Below the pieces are notes generated by a model. The model saw only the letters and a list, made by a program, of their open reading frames with translations, was not told the DNA's origin and did not search any database. A stretch of 64,000 nt of DNA, taken from NCBI RefSeq assembly GCF_009914755.1, contig NC_060940.1; one strand, given 5' to 3'. Below, one piece after another: positions 1 through 14,181 of this stretch. Each line of letters opens with the position of its first letter. Position 1 is the stretch's first letter. A program made the position numbers and the translations under genes. Source of the stretch: the human T2T-CHM13v2.0 reference genome, Homo sapiens.

Positions 1-80
1 CTGCACTCCAGCCTGGGTGAGAGCAAGACCCTGTCTCAAAAGAAAAGAAAAAAGAAAAGAGAAAAAAAAAGAAAAAGAAA
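1..80 (+). mobile_element. Alu 3' end and A-rich tail
   Basis: CTGCACTCCAGCCTGGG..GACCCTGTCTC plus A-tail. Confidence 0.9.
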
Positions 81-777
81 CATTAGGGCAACATGAACAG
101 GGCAGGGTGGCGTGACAGATGCAGCCACTGCCACTCCAGGGCACAAACTGTGCAGTTCTCAGGTTGCAGCTGGGACTGCTGGGTTGGGCGCCCGATGGGT
201 CCTTGCCATAAATAGACAACTGAAAGGCTCCAATCGTACAGACTGGAGGGGCGGTGGAAATGACTGCCTCCTCTGTGGCTCTCCTGGGGTTTCACAGCCA
301 GTCTGTAGCTCAAATGGGACCGCGTAAGATCAGCCCTGCCTGGGGGAACGCTGAACGGCTGGACAGAAAGCACTTAGCATTATTATTTCTTTGCATGCTA
401 AATTATGTTTATGAGATTTGGCTCTTCATGCCTAACTCATAGTTGCAAACTGTACTATTCTGGAAAGAATGTCTGGCAATTTTGAAAGAAGCTTGCATTA
501 GCCATAATTAGCTGTAAAAACTCATTTATGTTTAAGTTTCACACCATATTGAGTGGCATTAACAGAGAGGGGAGCATTTAATGGTGATTGTTCAAGTGCC
601 CAGAGGACCTCTCAGAGCGGGTCTCCCCAGACCCGTGGACAGCTGTTCCTCTCTGTAATATGCATGTCCTCTCCATCTGCCCCTCAGGGCTCACCAATTA
701 TTGTTAACGTCCGAAGTCACAGAAAATGTGACCAAACGAGGATTCTTAAGAGTAGCAAAGATGCTGCAAGAGGACTA

Positions 778-1134
<357 letters not shown>

Positions 1135-1639
1135 TCAAAACCTTCTCCTTCTGGTAAAAGAGAGTCCTCCCCCAATTCCAATGAGGAACTTGGCCTTCTG
1201 AGGTCCTGCATGAAAAAAATGAAGCAATGACTATGTGATGAGTTTACAAAGAGACGGCCAGGCAGGGGACGAAAGTCTGTCTCAGAAGCAGGAAGATGTG
1301 ACTAACTCCGTCCTCCTGGGTTCTGATGCTGAGTTCAAGGCTCTGGCATGTTCCTGGCTGGCTCAAGGAGTCTGAAACGAGGAATGAGATGTTGAGCTGG
1401 AAAATGGGGGAAACACTTCTTGGGTTGGAGCCAGGTCCAGAAGAAGCCTGGTAAGTTTCCAGACGTGGGGGTTTCTGAGTCTATTTCTCAGCTCCAGGGA
1501 GGCCCGGAAGTTCTGAACCCGAAATATTTCTCCTAGTTCCACCTCCAGTAAGGGCAACCGCTCCAGGTGGAGTGAAAGGAGGCGGGGCCTGGAAGGGGGT
1601 GGCACAGTGGCGGGGCACTCTGTATCCTTCATCCTGTTT

Positions 1640-1810
1640 TACTGAATCCTCCCAATGCACCTCTGTCCTAGGGACTCACATCGTCTCCATTTTACAGATG
1701 AGAAAACTGAGGCCCAGAGAAATTAAGAAACAAACACAAAGCCACACAGCTAGACAACAGGGCATCCAGGATCAGAACTCAGGGTACTCAGACATCAGAG
1801 CCCATTCTGC
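1640..1810 (-). mobile_element. MIR
   Basis: MIR core CCATTTTACAGATGAGAAAACTGAGGCCCAGAGA. Confidence 0.75.
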
Positions 1811-3469
1811 TTTGGGACCTTGGACCCATTACTGACCTCTGTGAGTTGGCATTTCCTCTTTTGTACCATGAATTAAAATGACAGCCCATATCATGGGTGG
1901 CAGAGGTCTCGCGGGGAGCATGGGTGTCAGTACCAAGCTCCTCATCGCCCCACCCAGGAGGCTTTCTCCAGGGCAGGGCCAGCTTCTCACTGCTGGAGGG
2001 GGGCACACAGCATGGCAGTCCAGCTCTGCAACACGCAGCCTCTCTCCGAGTTATAATCCTGTCCCTTTCATGCCGACAGGCCACAAGGACCTATAAGAAG
2101 TTTTACCCATCTCAGCTTTCTATTAGCTTTTGATAGGGAAGCACTGATTCACAACTCGATGGAGGTAAGGAATGTATTAATAAATCTTGGTTTCCCTGAC
2201 GGGGTATTGATTTTAGTGATGTTTTCAAGAGCTGGGCAGAATTTCCACTCAGCCTGGGCATCAGTCATCTGTGGCTGACATGCCTCTATGGTTCCTTAAT
2301 TGAGTATTATGTATAGATTGTTTTTGAATTATGAACTGCTGTAAGGAGATGACAGGCATCTTTTTAAATTACTGCCAGAAGAATTTCCAGCAAAGGCAGC
2401 CACTGCATCAACAGAGGATGATTTCTGTGGCATTAGCTTCATATGTTTTTTTTCTCCACGGTATCAAGTCATGAAGACGCTATAAAAGCTATTTTTAAGC
2501 TATCTTGATTCAAGTTCATTTCAAATCAATCAGAGGATTGGGACACAGTCACTGTATAATGTAATATTCTAACATTGGAAACCTGCTTCAAATCAATCAG
2601 GAAATTGAGATGCAACCCAGTACAATTCTGATACTAAACACTGGACTTCTTTAATGCCTTGGTGTTGGGGCTTAGACCTGGAAAGTGTAAACACATTCCA
2701 ACTGGACAGCCTTTACTTTTATCCTGCATGAGACTATATTTGTGAAAATGTGATCCAGCTTTACGTTGCCAGCTATAACAGTGAAAACTGCATTGCAAAC
2801 CATCACTCACACTGAATTTATTCTGCCTCAGTGGTAGGGAAAAATGTGACACAAATAAAAAAGAGGGAGAGAAATGGAAAGTTAAAAAAGGTTGGGTGTG
2901 AATGTACAGAAAGTAGGTATAAATAATCCCTCCTGCCGGTAAAGAATTTCCTTAGCAGGCTTTGAGATAAGAGATTCTGGCCAGGGGGCAAAGGGGAAGC
3001 GACAGATGTTTCTTAAGTGGGTTTGGGAGGTGCAGATTGAATATGAAGTCATGGTTAAGCCCCACCTGACTCATTCAGGAAGAGGTTCTTCACTTTTCGT
3101 CGTCAATTGGGGAATTCTAGATTCCAGCATATTTGCTCACTCTCATCAGAATTTCCCTGGTATATATCTTCCCCAGTGACCCAATGCCTGTGGCCCAGGA
3201 CTGCCAGGGGACATGGTGGAAGGGATCCGGGTAAGGTGGGAGGCTGCTTCTTCAGTTAGCTTGAGACAATAAACATCTGTTGAGCTCCCTCTTGGTGCCA
3301 GGTATTAAGGAGTGTGGTGGGATCAACCATTCCCAGCAATCAACAACTCAAGGTCTATAGCCAGGCAGTCAGAGAAAGAGCTACTCATAACAAAATGCAG
3401 AAATCGACATCACTCAGCAGCGTTTTATTCGCTGGACATCTACGACCTGCATTTTGCACCTGCATCATC

Positions 3470-3625
3470 TCACTCAAGCCTAATGAGGACGCTGACCAGG
3501 AAGATATCATCCCCTTTTGCAGATGAGGGAATGAGGCGAGGACAGGTTAAGTGACTTGCCTGGATTCACATAGCTAAGATGTATACTTGGATAAGGCCAA
3601 TTCAGAAGCACAGGCTCTGTCCACC
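3470..3625 (-). mobile_element. MIR
   Basis: TTTTGCAGATGAGGGAATGAGG..GGTTAAGTGACTTGCC. Confidence 0.7.
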
Positions 3626-3799
3626 ATCTGAGAGGTGCAAAGTGCCAAAGATCACCGTGCCATAGGCCCTGTAAGAAGGCTTCCTGGAGGGGGTGGCTCT
3701 GACCTAAACACATCCTTAATTTCTCCTAGTTCTCTGCTCATGTCTGACCTGAGGCCTGAGGGGGCATCATATTATGGTGGTAATAATAATAATGATGAT

Positions 3800-4015
3800 A
3801 ATAATATTTATGGAGTGTTCATTATCTGTCTAGACATTGTTCTAGGCACTTCACTTGTTTTTAGCTCATTTAATTCCCACAATTCCTCCATGAAGGAGGC
3901 ATGGTTATTACCTGTGATTTTATTATACGATTTAGAGATGTTCAGTAGTTTGCCTAACTCAGCCTGTAAGTGTTGAAGCAGGATCTGAACCCAGGAGTCT
4001 GTCCCCAGAGTCAGC
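3800..4015 (-). mobile_element. MIR
   Basis: CTCATTTAATTCCCACAA..GGATCTGAACCCAGG. Confidence 0.65.
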
Positions 4016-4339
4016 ACTAAAACACCTGCCAAGTAGAGGTAAAGACACATCAGGTGAGGGGAATATCACGAGCGAGTGAAGAGAGTCAAGTGTGTCTAGG
4101 AAGCAGCAGGCACCAAACGTAAAGGCTCCTGCAGACTGGCACCTGCTGGGCATCCGAATTTCCTCTTCAGCATTTTTAATCCTTCTGACACCCAACATCA
4201 AGAAACTCCTGCACATTTCCCAGAGGACACGACTGAAGGTCAGCTGGTGGGTGGTACCAGAATTCCAGTTCAGATTCTGGCTTGGCTAGAGGATAGGCGA
4301 GGGCGGGGAAAGGCGGGGCCAGAGGGCTGCATGGGGCTA

Positions 4340-4738
<399 letters not shown>

Positions 4739-4861
4739 TCACTTCCGGCTTCAGCCTTTCATTGATTCAAACCCTCTCATCCCCAAATCCTGTTAACTAG
4801 CATGGCATCTTAAAGACATTTTCATGGAACTTCTTTTGAGGATCACTTGGAACTTAATTGA

Positions 4862-5055
4862 CCTGGGTCAGCAAACATTTTCCAGAAAGGTCTGGACAGT
4901 AAATATTTTCGCCTTTGTGGGCCATGTGGTCTCTGTCACGACTACTCAACTCCGCCTTCCTTTGTAGCGTGAAAACAGCCATAGAAAGTATATAAGCTTG
5001 TGGGCATGGCTGTGATCCAATAAAACTTTATTTACAAAAATAGGAGGAAGGCCAC
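4862..5055 (+). mobile_element. MER58A hAT MITE
   Basis: GTAAATATTTTCGCCTTTGTGGGCCATGTGGTCTCTGTC...CCAATAAAACTTTATTTACAAAAA. Confidence 0.8.
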
Positions 5056-5384
5056 CCTCACTAATAAAGCATACCATTAAAAAGAATACACTTGGGTAAA
5101 GTTCAGCCAAGAGTTCTTGATTCTTCAAAAGTCTGAAAGTTTCTGTGCTTCTCAAAAATAAAAATCAAAAAACAGTGACAACAAAGGAAAGAGTAATTTG
5201 TAGTTTCATTTATAAAACCATGAATGCCATTTCAAATAAGGGAGGCAAGTGAATTGTGTTAGTGAACACAAAAAAGGTCAACTATTCTATAAGTAAGAGC
5301 ATCTGTCCTGACGGTCAGAAAGAGACTTCTATATCTACTTTAAAAGTGTCCACATCCTTCCATCTAAAAAAGTAACTCAGATCT

Positions 5385-5965
5385 AATTCAACTGTTTTGG
5401 CCATTATAGGTACCTTGCATTTCCACAGAAATTTTACAATCAGTATGCTGATTTCTACAAATAATAAAACTGCTATAATTTTGATTGGGATTTTGTTGAA
5501 TCTGTCGCTCAATCGGGGGGGAAATGCCGTATTAACATTGGCCCTGCAATCCATGAACATGGTCTACTTTTCCATTTACTCAGGTCTTTTAAAATTACTT
5601 TCAGCAATGTTTTGTAAAGGTAGAGGTCTTGGACATCCTTTGCTATTCCTAGGTATTTCATGTTTTATGGTGCTATTGTAAATTGAATTATTTTTGTAAT
5701 TTCACTTAACAATTGCTTGCTGATAGTATATAAAAATACAATTATTTTTGTCTATTAACCTTGTATCCTGAGACCTTGCTAAATTCATTTATTCATTCTA
5801 GTAATTATTTTGTAGATTCCTGGGATTTTCTAAGTTAAAAAAAATCGTATCATCTGCAAATAGGCCATTTTACTTCCTATCTTTATGTTTCTTATTTCTT
5901 TCTCTTGCTTTTTGCAATAGTTAGGATCTCCAATACAATGTTAAAAAGTATTGGTGAAAATACTC
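5385..5965 (-). mobile_element. Old L1M ORF2 fragment
   Basis: Minus ORF contains RFNKIPIKI..KFLWKCK, like L1 ORF2 RFNAIPIK..KFIW. Confidence 0.8.
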
Positions 5966-6741
5966 TTTTTCTTGTTGGTTATAAATTTAGTTTTCATATT
6001 CCTATTTTTTAGACTTTTGATATGACTGCTAAATTATTCTTCAGAAAAACATAATCAATTTAAATACCCAACAAGGATTTGAGAGTTTGATCAATGAAAG
6101 CTCATTCTTTGGTGATCTCACAAAAGCCTTGCAAAGATTAAAAGGGAAACTCCTCAGGAGGACCTAAAGTAAATATTTGTTTATCCAGAACTTCTGAGTA
6201 ACTGCTATCCTCCCCATTCGTTTTTCATGCTGGATAATCCCTTTCATCTTCCTCTGAACAAAGCAGGTTCACGGACTTACTATGGTTGGACGTGTGTGTA
6301 AAGAGTAGGTGGATATTCTTTTTACTATTCCTTTTCTTGCATCTTTTCTGTAAGCTTGAAAATATTTCCAAATAAAATGTAAAACAAAAACAAAAACAAA
6401 AACAATGCATACTTGTTAAATTAAACCCAAATGTTGTAAAAATACAGAAAATCAAACAAAAGAAAGTGGGAGGAGGGAAATTTCTTGAAATCCCTATTCC
6501 TGTTTTAGGAGTTTAGTGTGTATTTTCCAGATAATTTAAATGTGTATACTACTATACATGTTAGATATAGATCTAAAGAAACATATATACATACACAAAA
6601 TTTCACAAAAATGGAATAGGCTACATACAGATTTGCAACTTGCTTTTATATATTCGACAATGTATCTTTTACTTATTGCATTCAGGATATGCTGCCCTAT
6701 TTTAGAGCTACTCACTAACATCCTGAAAACTGTATTTCTGA

Positions 6742-7427
6742 TGTTGGGGCTCAGAAATGGTACCCCAAAACATGGCACTTTGACACGCTAAACTAAAGCA
6801 GCAGCCTCAAGGTCTCTCTGACCTTCCCTCCCCAAGAGCAGTGACAGACTGTCTCTGGAATTTCCTTATCTGACTAAGGAGATGTCTTTCTAAAAGAAAT
6901 GCAATTATCTTAAGAATCCCTCCCTAGGAATCTCATCAAATAACCGAGAAAGATTAGCCAATGGAAAAGAGAAGAGACTAAAAGTCATCACCATGCCCAG
7001 ACAGACTTTTCTTCCATTCTTCTGAGAGTAGCTCCAAGAGATTACCTGGGAGACTTTATCTACATAATAAGACAACCTTTGTTCACAATGCAGTTCTGCC
7101 TCTTACCTTCCCATAACTTACTGGTCCCATTCAGTTTCCTAAAAAAATCATTTAGAAGGTAATGTCTGCTTCCTAGGCCCATTCAATTCCCCTAAAAATC
7201 ATTTATGACTGCTCAAAATTGCCTGCATTTCTCCCATCTCCCTCTCCCCTATGAATAGGGTATATAAGCTTCAACCATTTGCCCCGAGTCTTATATATTG
7301 TATGGCTCTCAAGTTCAGCACATTAATAAATCTGTATGCATTTTTTCCTGTTCACCTGTTTATTGTCAGTTCATTTCGACAGTGAACCTTCAGAAGGTGG
7401 AACAAAAGCTTTCCCTCTGCCCCCACA
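6742..7427 (+). mobile_element. ERV1 solo LTR (MER39/MER34-like)
   Basis: TG...CA ends (TGTTGGGGCTCAGAA...TGCCCCCACA), TATATAAG near 7261, AATAAA near 7325, near-TSD CTGA/CTGC. Confidence 0.8.
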
Positions 7428-8177
7428 CTGCTATGTAAAATCTAGGTTGCCGGATGATCAATCTGTATCTTAATAATAAAAATACTGTAAACTGGGAGGT
7501 CAGGAGAGTTCAGAGCCTTTCAGCCCTCTAAGGACTACTCACATGCATGGGGACACACATAGTTACTACAGCTTCTCAGAGAGCATCCAGATTCAGGGGG
7601 CAGAGACAGCCCCCAGGGAAGAAGGAGTCTTGTCTGCACAGCCCCTCTGATCTGGGTCTTGGGGGAGAAGCCCAACTACTCCTGCTTGCTGTATCATCAG
7701 CATGAGAAGAGAGACACTCTCAGGTTACGGACTGCCTAAGCCAAGCAGCTCTGCCCCTGTGAGACCTGGGGTGGGCTGTAGGGGCAATATCTCCTTCTGG
7801 AGCTAAGCCTCTCAAAGATTTCACTGTGATGGGTCCACGTGCTCCTGGGCTGAACCCTGCTGGAAACCTGGGTTCAAGCCTCATCTCCTCTGATGCATGT
7901 GACATTAACACCTATACACTTGGTCATTTCAGGCATTTGTTCACATGTCTGGTCCATGTGATATAAAGCATCTGGTTTATCTTAGGATTCATAGCCTCCT
8001 CTTGAGATTCTCTTCCTCTTTCTTTCTTTTTAATGTTTTGCTTGGGTAGGAAGCAATGGCCCAGTTGTCAAAATGACCTTTACCTAAAGCCAGCTCATAC
8101 TCTAAAACCTGAAGAGATTTCTTTGCTTTAAGGATTCCTCCCCCGACCCCCGTTTCCCCCCCTAAAGAATAGCCATG

Positions 8178-8534
8178 CGTTATTATTTCAATGTGCCCCC
8201 CAACGTTTAAGTGTTATAAACTTAATCCCCAGGGTAACAGCGTTGGGAGATGGACCTTTAAGAGATGATTAGGTCACGGGGGCTCTGCCCTCATGAATGC
8301 ATTAATGCTGTTATCAGAGAAGTGGCTTCCTGATTTTAAAACAAGGATGAATTTGGCCAGGCCCCTTTCCTCCTCACTCTTGCCAGGGATGCCCCAACAA
8401 GAAGGCCCTCACCAGATACAGCCCCTTGACCTTGGACTTCCCAACCCCCAGAACTGTAAAAAATCAATCTCTGTTCTTTATAAATTACCCAGGCTCAGGT
8501 ATTCTGTTATAGCAGCACAAAACGAACTAAGACA
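8178..8534 (+). mobile_element. MaLR solo LTR (MSTC/MSTD-like)
   Basis: GGGCTCTGCCCTCATGAATG and terminal AACGAACTAAGACA; perfect 5-bp TSD CCATG at 8173-8177 and 8535-8539. Confidence 0.88.
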
Positions 8535-9071
8535 CCATGTAAATTACACTTTTCATACCTCACCTGATTAACGATCCACAAAAATTATATTCTTCCCTTT
8601 TCAAAGCTCCTCTTAATTAAAACTAAGAATGTGGGAGATGGGGATGGCACAGAAGTGGCCTAGAAAACACCTAGGGCTGTGCATTCTCGGCTTCATTAGG
8701 ATGTAAGTAGTTCTGCAGCAAAAGGTTTGAGAAAGAGTGGATGGAAGAGGTTCAGTGGTCACAGTTATCACACCAACACCTGGAGGCAGCTGAGGGGGGC
8801 CCACATTCCCGTTCATAAAATGACGTTTCCCACTTCCACCCACCGCATCTGCATCCGACTTAGAATCAGAAAGGACATGGGGATGTGCTCTCACACTCCA
8901 GGGCAAAGAGCAGAATTGGGAAATAATTACTCTCCAGGGGCTAGAGGTGGCTGGCTGCCCACTTGAGTCCACAGCCTTGAGAGTGTGATTACAGCATAGC
9001 ATCACTTCCCTATCCTGGACTCGAGGATTAGTTATGCTCCTCCAACCCCCAGACTCACTGCCGTTCATTAC

Positions 9072-9362
9072 TTTTTTGAGACAGTGTCTCTCTCGGTCGC
9101 CTATGTTGGAGTGCAGTGGCGCGATCTTGGCTCACTGCAACTTGCGTATCCTGGGTTCAAGCAGTTCTCCCTGCCTCAGCCTCCCGAGTAGCTGAGATTA
9201 CAGGTTCCCGCTACCATGCCCAGCTAATTTTTGTGTCTTTAGTAGAGACAGGATTTTACGATGTTGGCCAGGCTGATCTCAAACTCCTGAACTCAGGTGA
9301 TCGACCCACTTTGGTCTCCCAAAAGTGCTGAGATTACAGACACGAGCCACCGCGCCCAGCCC
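9072..9362 (-). mobile_element. Alu
   Basis: Antisense dimer. Confidence 0.92.
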
Positions 9363-10789
9363 CTTTATTACTTTTCTACATGGGGGGCTATGCTCAACTT
9401 TTTATTTTTTCCCCTTCCTGATGACTTACAGATTCAAAACCTGTAGAATATGCAAGAGGAGGGCTGTATTTTTTTAATACTAATATTTGGTTGCCAGAAA
9501 AGCAGTGGCAGCCTGGGGTGGGAGCTAGGGGTTGGGAGACTCAGGCGTGAACCTCAGTTCTGCTGTTGCTGAGCTGTGTAGGTGTGGCATGGGCAGCAAC
9601 ATATCTGAACTCCTCATTTGGAAGGCAAGACTAGTATCAACCATCCCCAGGGCCACTGGGAAGATAAGTGAGAATCAGGGACACGCCCTGGGTGGCACAG
9701 CAGGAAGCTGCGTGTCTTGTACTCAGGCAGCACTCAATAATTATACTTTCCTCTCATCCTTCTCTAAGTATCTGATCAGAAGATCTTTTTCTTTTCATTT
9801 GCACAAATTACATCTTTCTCACTATTCATAATTTCCTCTTTATTTTTAAAAGAAGATGGCAGCTTGCGTGTGAAATGGAGCGTGGGGCCCACATTAAGGT
9901 TTCAATCCAGAATGGACAATTTTCTAGATTTCCATGCTCTATCTTAAACACAGCTGTCAGGACAAGAGGCTCATTAAAAAGATTGTTTTGACTGACAGAA
10001 TGTTCGTGTATCAAATTGGAAATCCATCCAAAAATACTCGAGGGAGGTAGACAGACGTGGCGGCCAGCCACGGAAGGAAAATGTTTTGCAGAATTTGTTC
10101 AAGATGAAATTTGCTAGGGAGAAAGTGCCCTGCCTCTGACTTGAGCCAGGGAAAGCCAAGAAGGGGGTACTGCATCCATCAAAACGTAAGGACCTTGGGT
10201 AAGTGAGATTCCGTTTGAATAACTGGGCCAAGAAAAATTCTGATCAGGCGATGATCCCTTAAAGAACACACATTAACTAAATTTGTGCACTTTTCCTTAC
10301 CCCTGGGCTTCGAGGCACTTCCTCCTCCAGTTAACAGCTTATTCTTCCTGCATACATCTCCGGCTTCCACAAGCCCTTTCAATGGTGGCCTTCCCCAGGC
10401 TCTGTCCATTCCCCTTCTCTCGTCCCTTTCCCTCTCACTGATGACCACCGGTTCTGTTATAACCTGAACCAACTCCACCTGCCAAAAATTCAGAATCATT
10501 TCCCAGCCAACAATCGGTTCCTAGGCTTCGTGGACCTCTCTTCTGGACATCCTTGCAAGCTCTGCAAACTCAACCCGCTTACTTCTTTTGCCCCAATGCA
10601 CACCCCTCCTCGTGTGGGTTTAACTGGAGCACCATGCAGTCATCCAACCCAGGCATGTGGGAGTCACCCCGAGACTCCCTTCCTCCGCCTGGTCCATGCG
10701 TCCTGTTGACCTGTCTGCCTGAACACGCTTACCCCCATCTCCTCTCCATCCTCAGTGTGATCTTCCTGGTTGCCTGATCTCCTGTATGA

Positions 10790-11200
10790 TATTCAGCTGT
10801 CAGTGGCTATGGTGGCTTAAAAAAGTAAAGGCTGTATTTGTGCTTAACTATGATTTATCTACCCCGTAAAAAGAGGAGGTGAGCAGTCCAGGGAGGGCGC
10901 AGCCTCTCCAGGATTTCAATAAGGATCCAGCCTCCTTCCATCTTTCTGTTTTGCCTTCCTCAGTTTGTAGCTTCCATCCTCAAGATCGCAAGATGGCTGC
11001 AGGGCTTCCGGGCACTGGGTCCAAGTTCCAAGGCGGAAGAAGAGGTAAGGGCCAACGAAAAGCCTTTCTGGAAGCCCCACTTGCTAAACCCCTGAACCTA
11101 GGTCATGCAGCCACACACAGCTGCATGGGGGTCTGGAGACGGAGTGTTTCAGCCTGCCATGCTAGTGCCCTGAACAAAACCTGCTCTGTTAGGAAGGAAC
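10790..11200 (-). mobile_element. Old MLT1 (J/K/L-like) LTR
   Basis: CAAGATGGCTGC, CCTCCTTCCATCTT, GGTCATGCAGCCAC..AGCTGCATGGG motifs. Confidence 0.55.
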
Positions 11201-11256
11201 GCAGAGAAAATGCATCCCGGTAAACTGAGCAGAGCCATCTTTCTAAAATGCAAAAC

Positions 11257-11375
11257 CTGGGCACAGTGGCTCATGCCTGTAATCCCAGCACTTTGGGAGG
11301 CTGAGGTTGGAGGATCACCTAAGCCCAGGAGTTTGGGACCAGCCTGGGCAACAAAATGAGACCCCATCTCTACAA
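11257..11375 (+). mobile_element. FLAM/Alu left monomer
   Basis: Monomer flanked by GCAAAACC repeats. Confidence 0.85.
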
Positions 11376-12194
11376 TTTCTTTTTTAAAGCAAAACCACTT
11401 GGGCCACTTCGTCAAGTAAAATTTGAGGGTTCTCCATCACCTTAGGATCCTGATCAAACACAATGTCTCCATTTGAGCCTACTCCACTCACTGAGCAACT
11501 CCAGTGCCAGTGCCAGTACAGGACGAGCTATTTTGTGGCTCCAGCCTCTGCCCATGTTGTGCCCTCTTTCTGCCCAGGTCTGCCTGATGTGCACTTATTC
11601 ATCCTTCAAGACCCTGCTCATTCGTTTCCTCCAATGGGAAAACATCCCTGGTGAAGGTGCACAGGGCTGCTTCTTCTTCATCCTCTCCCTTGCAAATTCT
11701 TTTACTTTTGCCCTGATTTCTGGCTCCCACCTTGGTTTCCCCTACTGGTCTATGAGCTCCTTAAGGGCAGAGGCCACGTGTGTTTAACTGAATACTCATC
11801 CCCAGGATGAATAGCAGAGAGCGGCCGCTCTGTGACTGCTGGATAAATGAATGAATGGAGAGATGGATGGATGGATGCACAGTGAATGAATAAATGAAAC
11901 TTGTGGCAACTCAGAAGCTATACTTTAGTAGGTATCCTGGAGGAGAAACCCAAATCTCCCCTTCGTTGATATTATCAAAGGGAAGGGAGAGTTCCCGTAT
12001 TTCCTGATTTTACAAAAGAACTGCCATGTTCCTTACAGAAGGAGGCCTTACTCACGACAGGGTGGAAACTGGAGACAGTGGAACGAGCACCGACTCTGGA
12101 TCCTGTCTGTTACTTAAATGTCAAATGACAAGCGACTGCACCTCGCTGTACATTGTTTCTTCAATTTTAAAAAGGGGACAATAATAGATCCCTC

Positions 12195-12535
<341 letters not shown>

Positions 12536-12664
12536 TTAGGAGTTTCAGACGTAATGCGTTTAAACCCCTGGCACACTGTCTACTGCATGCCGGGGACCTG
12601 ATGCTTCTTGGGACCGTGTTTGAAACATAGTGTGGACAAGGACATTTTTCTTCCTTGCCTTTGG

Positions 12665-13170
12665 AGACAGTGCTGGTTGCCTCTCACTATCCACACCCTC
12701 CCTTTTCCTCCTGATTTTGTTCTGGGCAATGTCCTCCTCAGGGAGGCCACCAGCTTCATTCCCCAAACCAGGATGGATGCAGCTGTGACAATTCTCCTAC
12801 CACGGCCACCCAGGGTCTGGGCAGGAACCCAGGTCTGGATATGGAGATTTGGGAGGAAACCACGGGGGTGTCTGAGAAAGGTTATGTTTCTTTTAAAAAG
12901 TCCCCCTTTCTTCCTCTGGGGTTGTCAATGTGAATGAATGTGACGTGCAGAATTGCATCAGCCAGCTGAGAAGTCCAGCCTAAGGAATGGGTCATGACAG
13001 GGAGAAGCACAGCGGGTGTGCAGAGAGATCCTGCTCATGCATTCAGCCAGGCCGAGTGCCTGAGCCACCCGTGGCCCTCTGTCCACACAGAGAACTTCCT
13101 TATTCTCTGAGCTGGGGTGATGGGAGTTTCCTGTTCTGTACAGCCCAAAGGAACAGATGCTATTGATACT
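12665..13170 (+). mobile_element. ERVL LTR16-like LTR
   Basis: Degenerate resemblance (CCCTTTTCCTCCTG start, GTTTCCTGTTCTGTACAGCCC end). Confidence 0.4.
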
Positions 13171-13267
13171 ATCCTATACTTGTTAGAACAGTCACTCTCC
13201 TTTTGGGGTGGCCAGTAATCCATTTGTTTTGAAGATTGCTTGTTTATTAATTGTATATATATATATA

Positions 13268-13390
13268 TTTTTTTTTTTGAGATGGGGTCTTGCTATGTTG
13301 CCCAGGCTGGTCATGAACTCCTGGGCTCAAGTGATCTTCCTCCCTCAGCTTCCCCAGTAGCTGGGACTACAGGCATGAGCCACCATGTCC
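13268..13390 (-). mobile_element. Alu monomer (FLAM-like)
   Basis: Antisense monomer with (TA)n/T tail. Confidence 0.85.
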
Positions 13391-13986
13391 ACGAATCCAT
13401 TTGTGAACAAATACTATGTAAGTTGGTCTTTGGAAACTCCTACAAAATAACAGAGTTCCCCTGCTGTCCAAGAGGCCGCAGAGGGTTTCTTTGTCAGGGT
13501 GGGATTCAGTGAGACTCCATTAGAATACAGTTTTGTCAATAAACTTCTTGTATCATTTCTATTCCTGTGAAATTGCTTTCCCAACCCTCTTGCCTTCAGT
13601 AGGACCAAAGCATGCACAGGTCCAAAGGCAGTGAGTGCTGTGGCACATTCCTCATCAGAGAGGGGAGGATGCTGGGATGGGAAAGGTGGCTTAGTAACCC
13701 TGGCCCATGTCTGTATGACAACTTGGAGGCAATTTGGAAATGAGAACCAGACGACAGACATGAGAGGCAGAGTGTCAGTTACTAAAACACCCAAAATGTT
13801 GGCAACTGAAAACAAAGACAATCTCTTCCTCCCTTTGATTTAGATTGTGACCTTTTACTTGTGGCTGAAGAGATTTAAGTGCAGAAAATGTAAAGTGGCA
13901 TAATTTTTTTTTTGAAAAGAACTGATGGCTCTGTAACTATGATCCTTAAATATAAGCATCAGTGGTGACTGATTCAGTACGTACAC

Positions 13987-14181
13987 CAGGGGTTGGAAAC
14001 TAAAGCCCATTGCCCGCTTTCTGATGGGGCCTGTGAGCTAAGAATGCTTCTTACATTTCTATCATAAATGGCTGCATTTAGGATGTAAGCACTTGTATCA
14101 TAATCTCAATTTTGCCTCTTGTCCCACAAAACCTAAACTATTTAATCATGCTCTTTACAGAAACCGTTTGCCAACTCTTGA
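13987..14181 (-). mobile_element. MER58B/C-like hAT MITE
   Basis: TIR-like ends CAGGGGTTGGAAACT...GTTTGCCAACTCTTG. Confidence 0.65.

Larger units (their letters stand above)
10180..11895 (+). mobile_element. L2 remnants interrupted by MLT1 and FLAM
   Basis: CCCCAGGCTCTGTCC RT-like motif, TCATCCTTCAAGACCC, GAGCTCCTTAAGGGCAG and (ATGA)n terminus. Confidence 0.6.

Noticed and set aside
4295-4325. Two GC boxes (GGGCGGGG, GGCGGGGC) suggesting a promoter
   Set aside because: No CpG island or other promoter context; too short to support.
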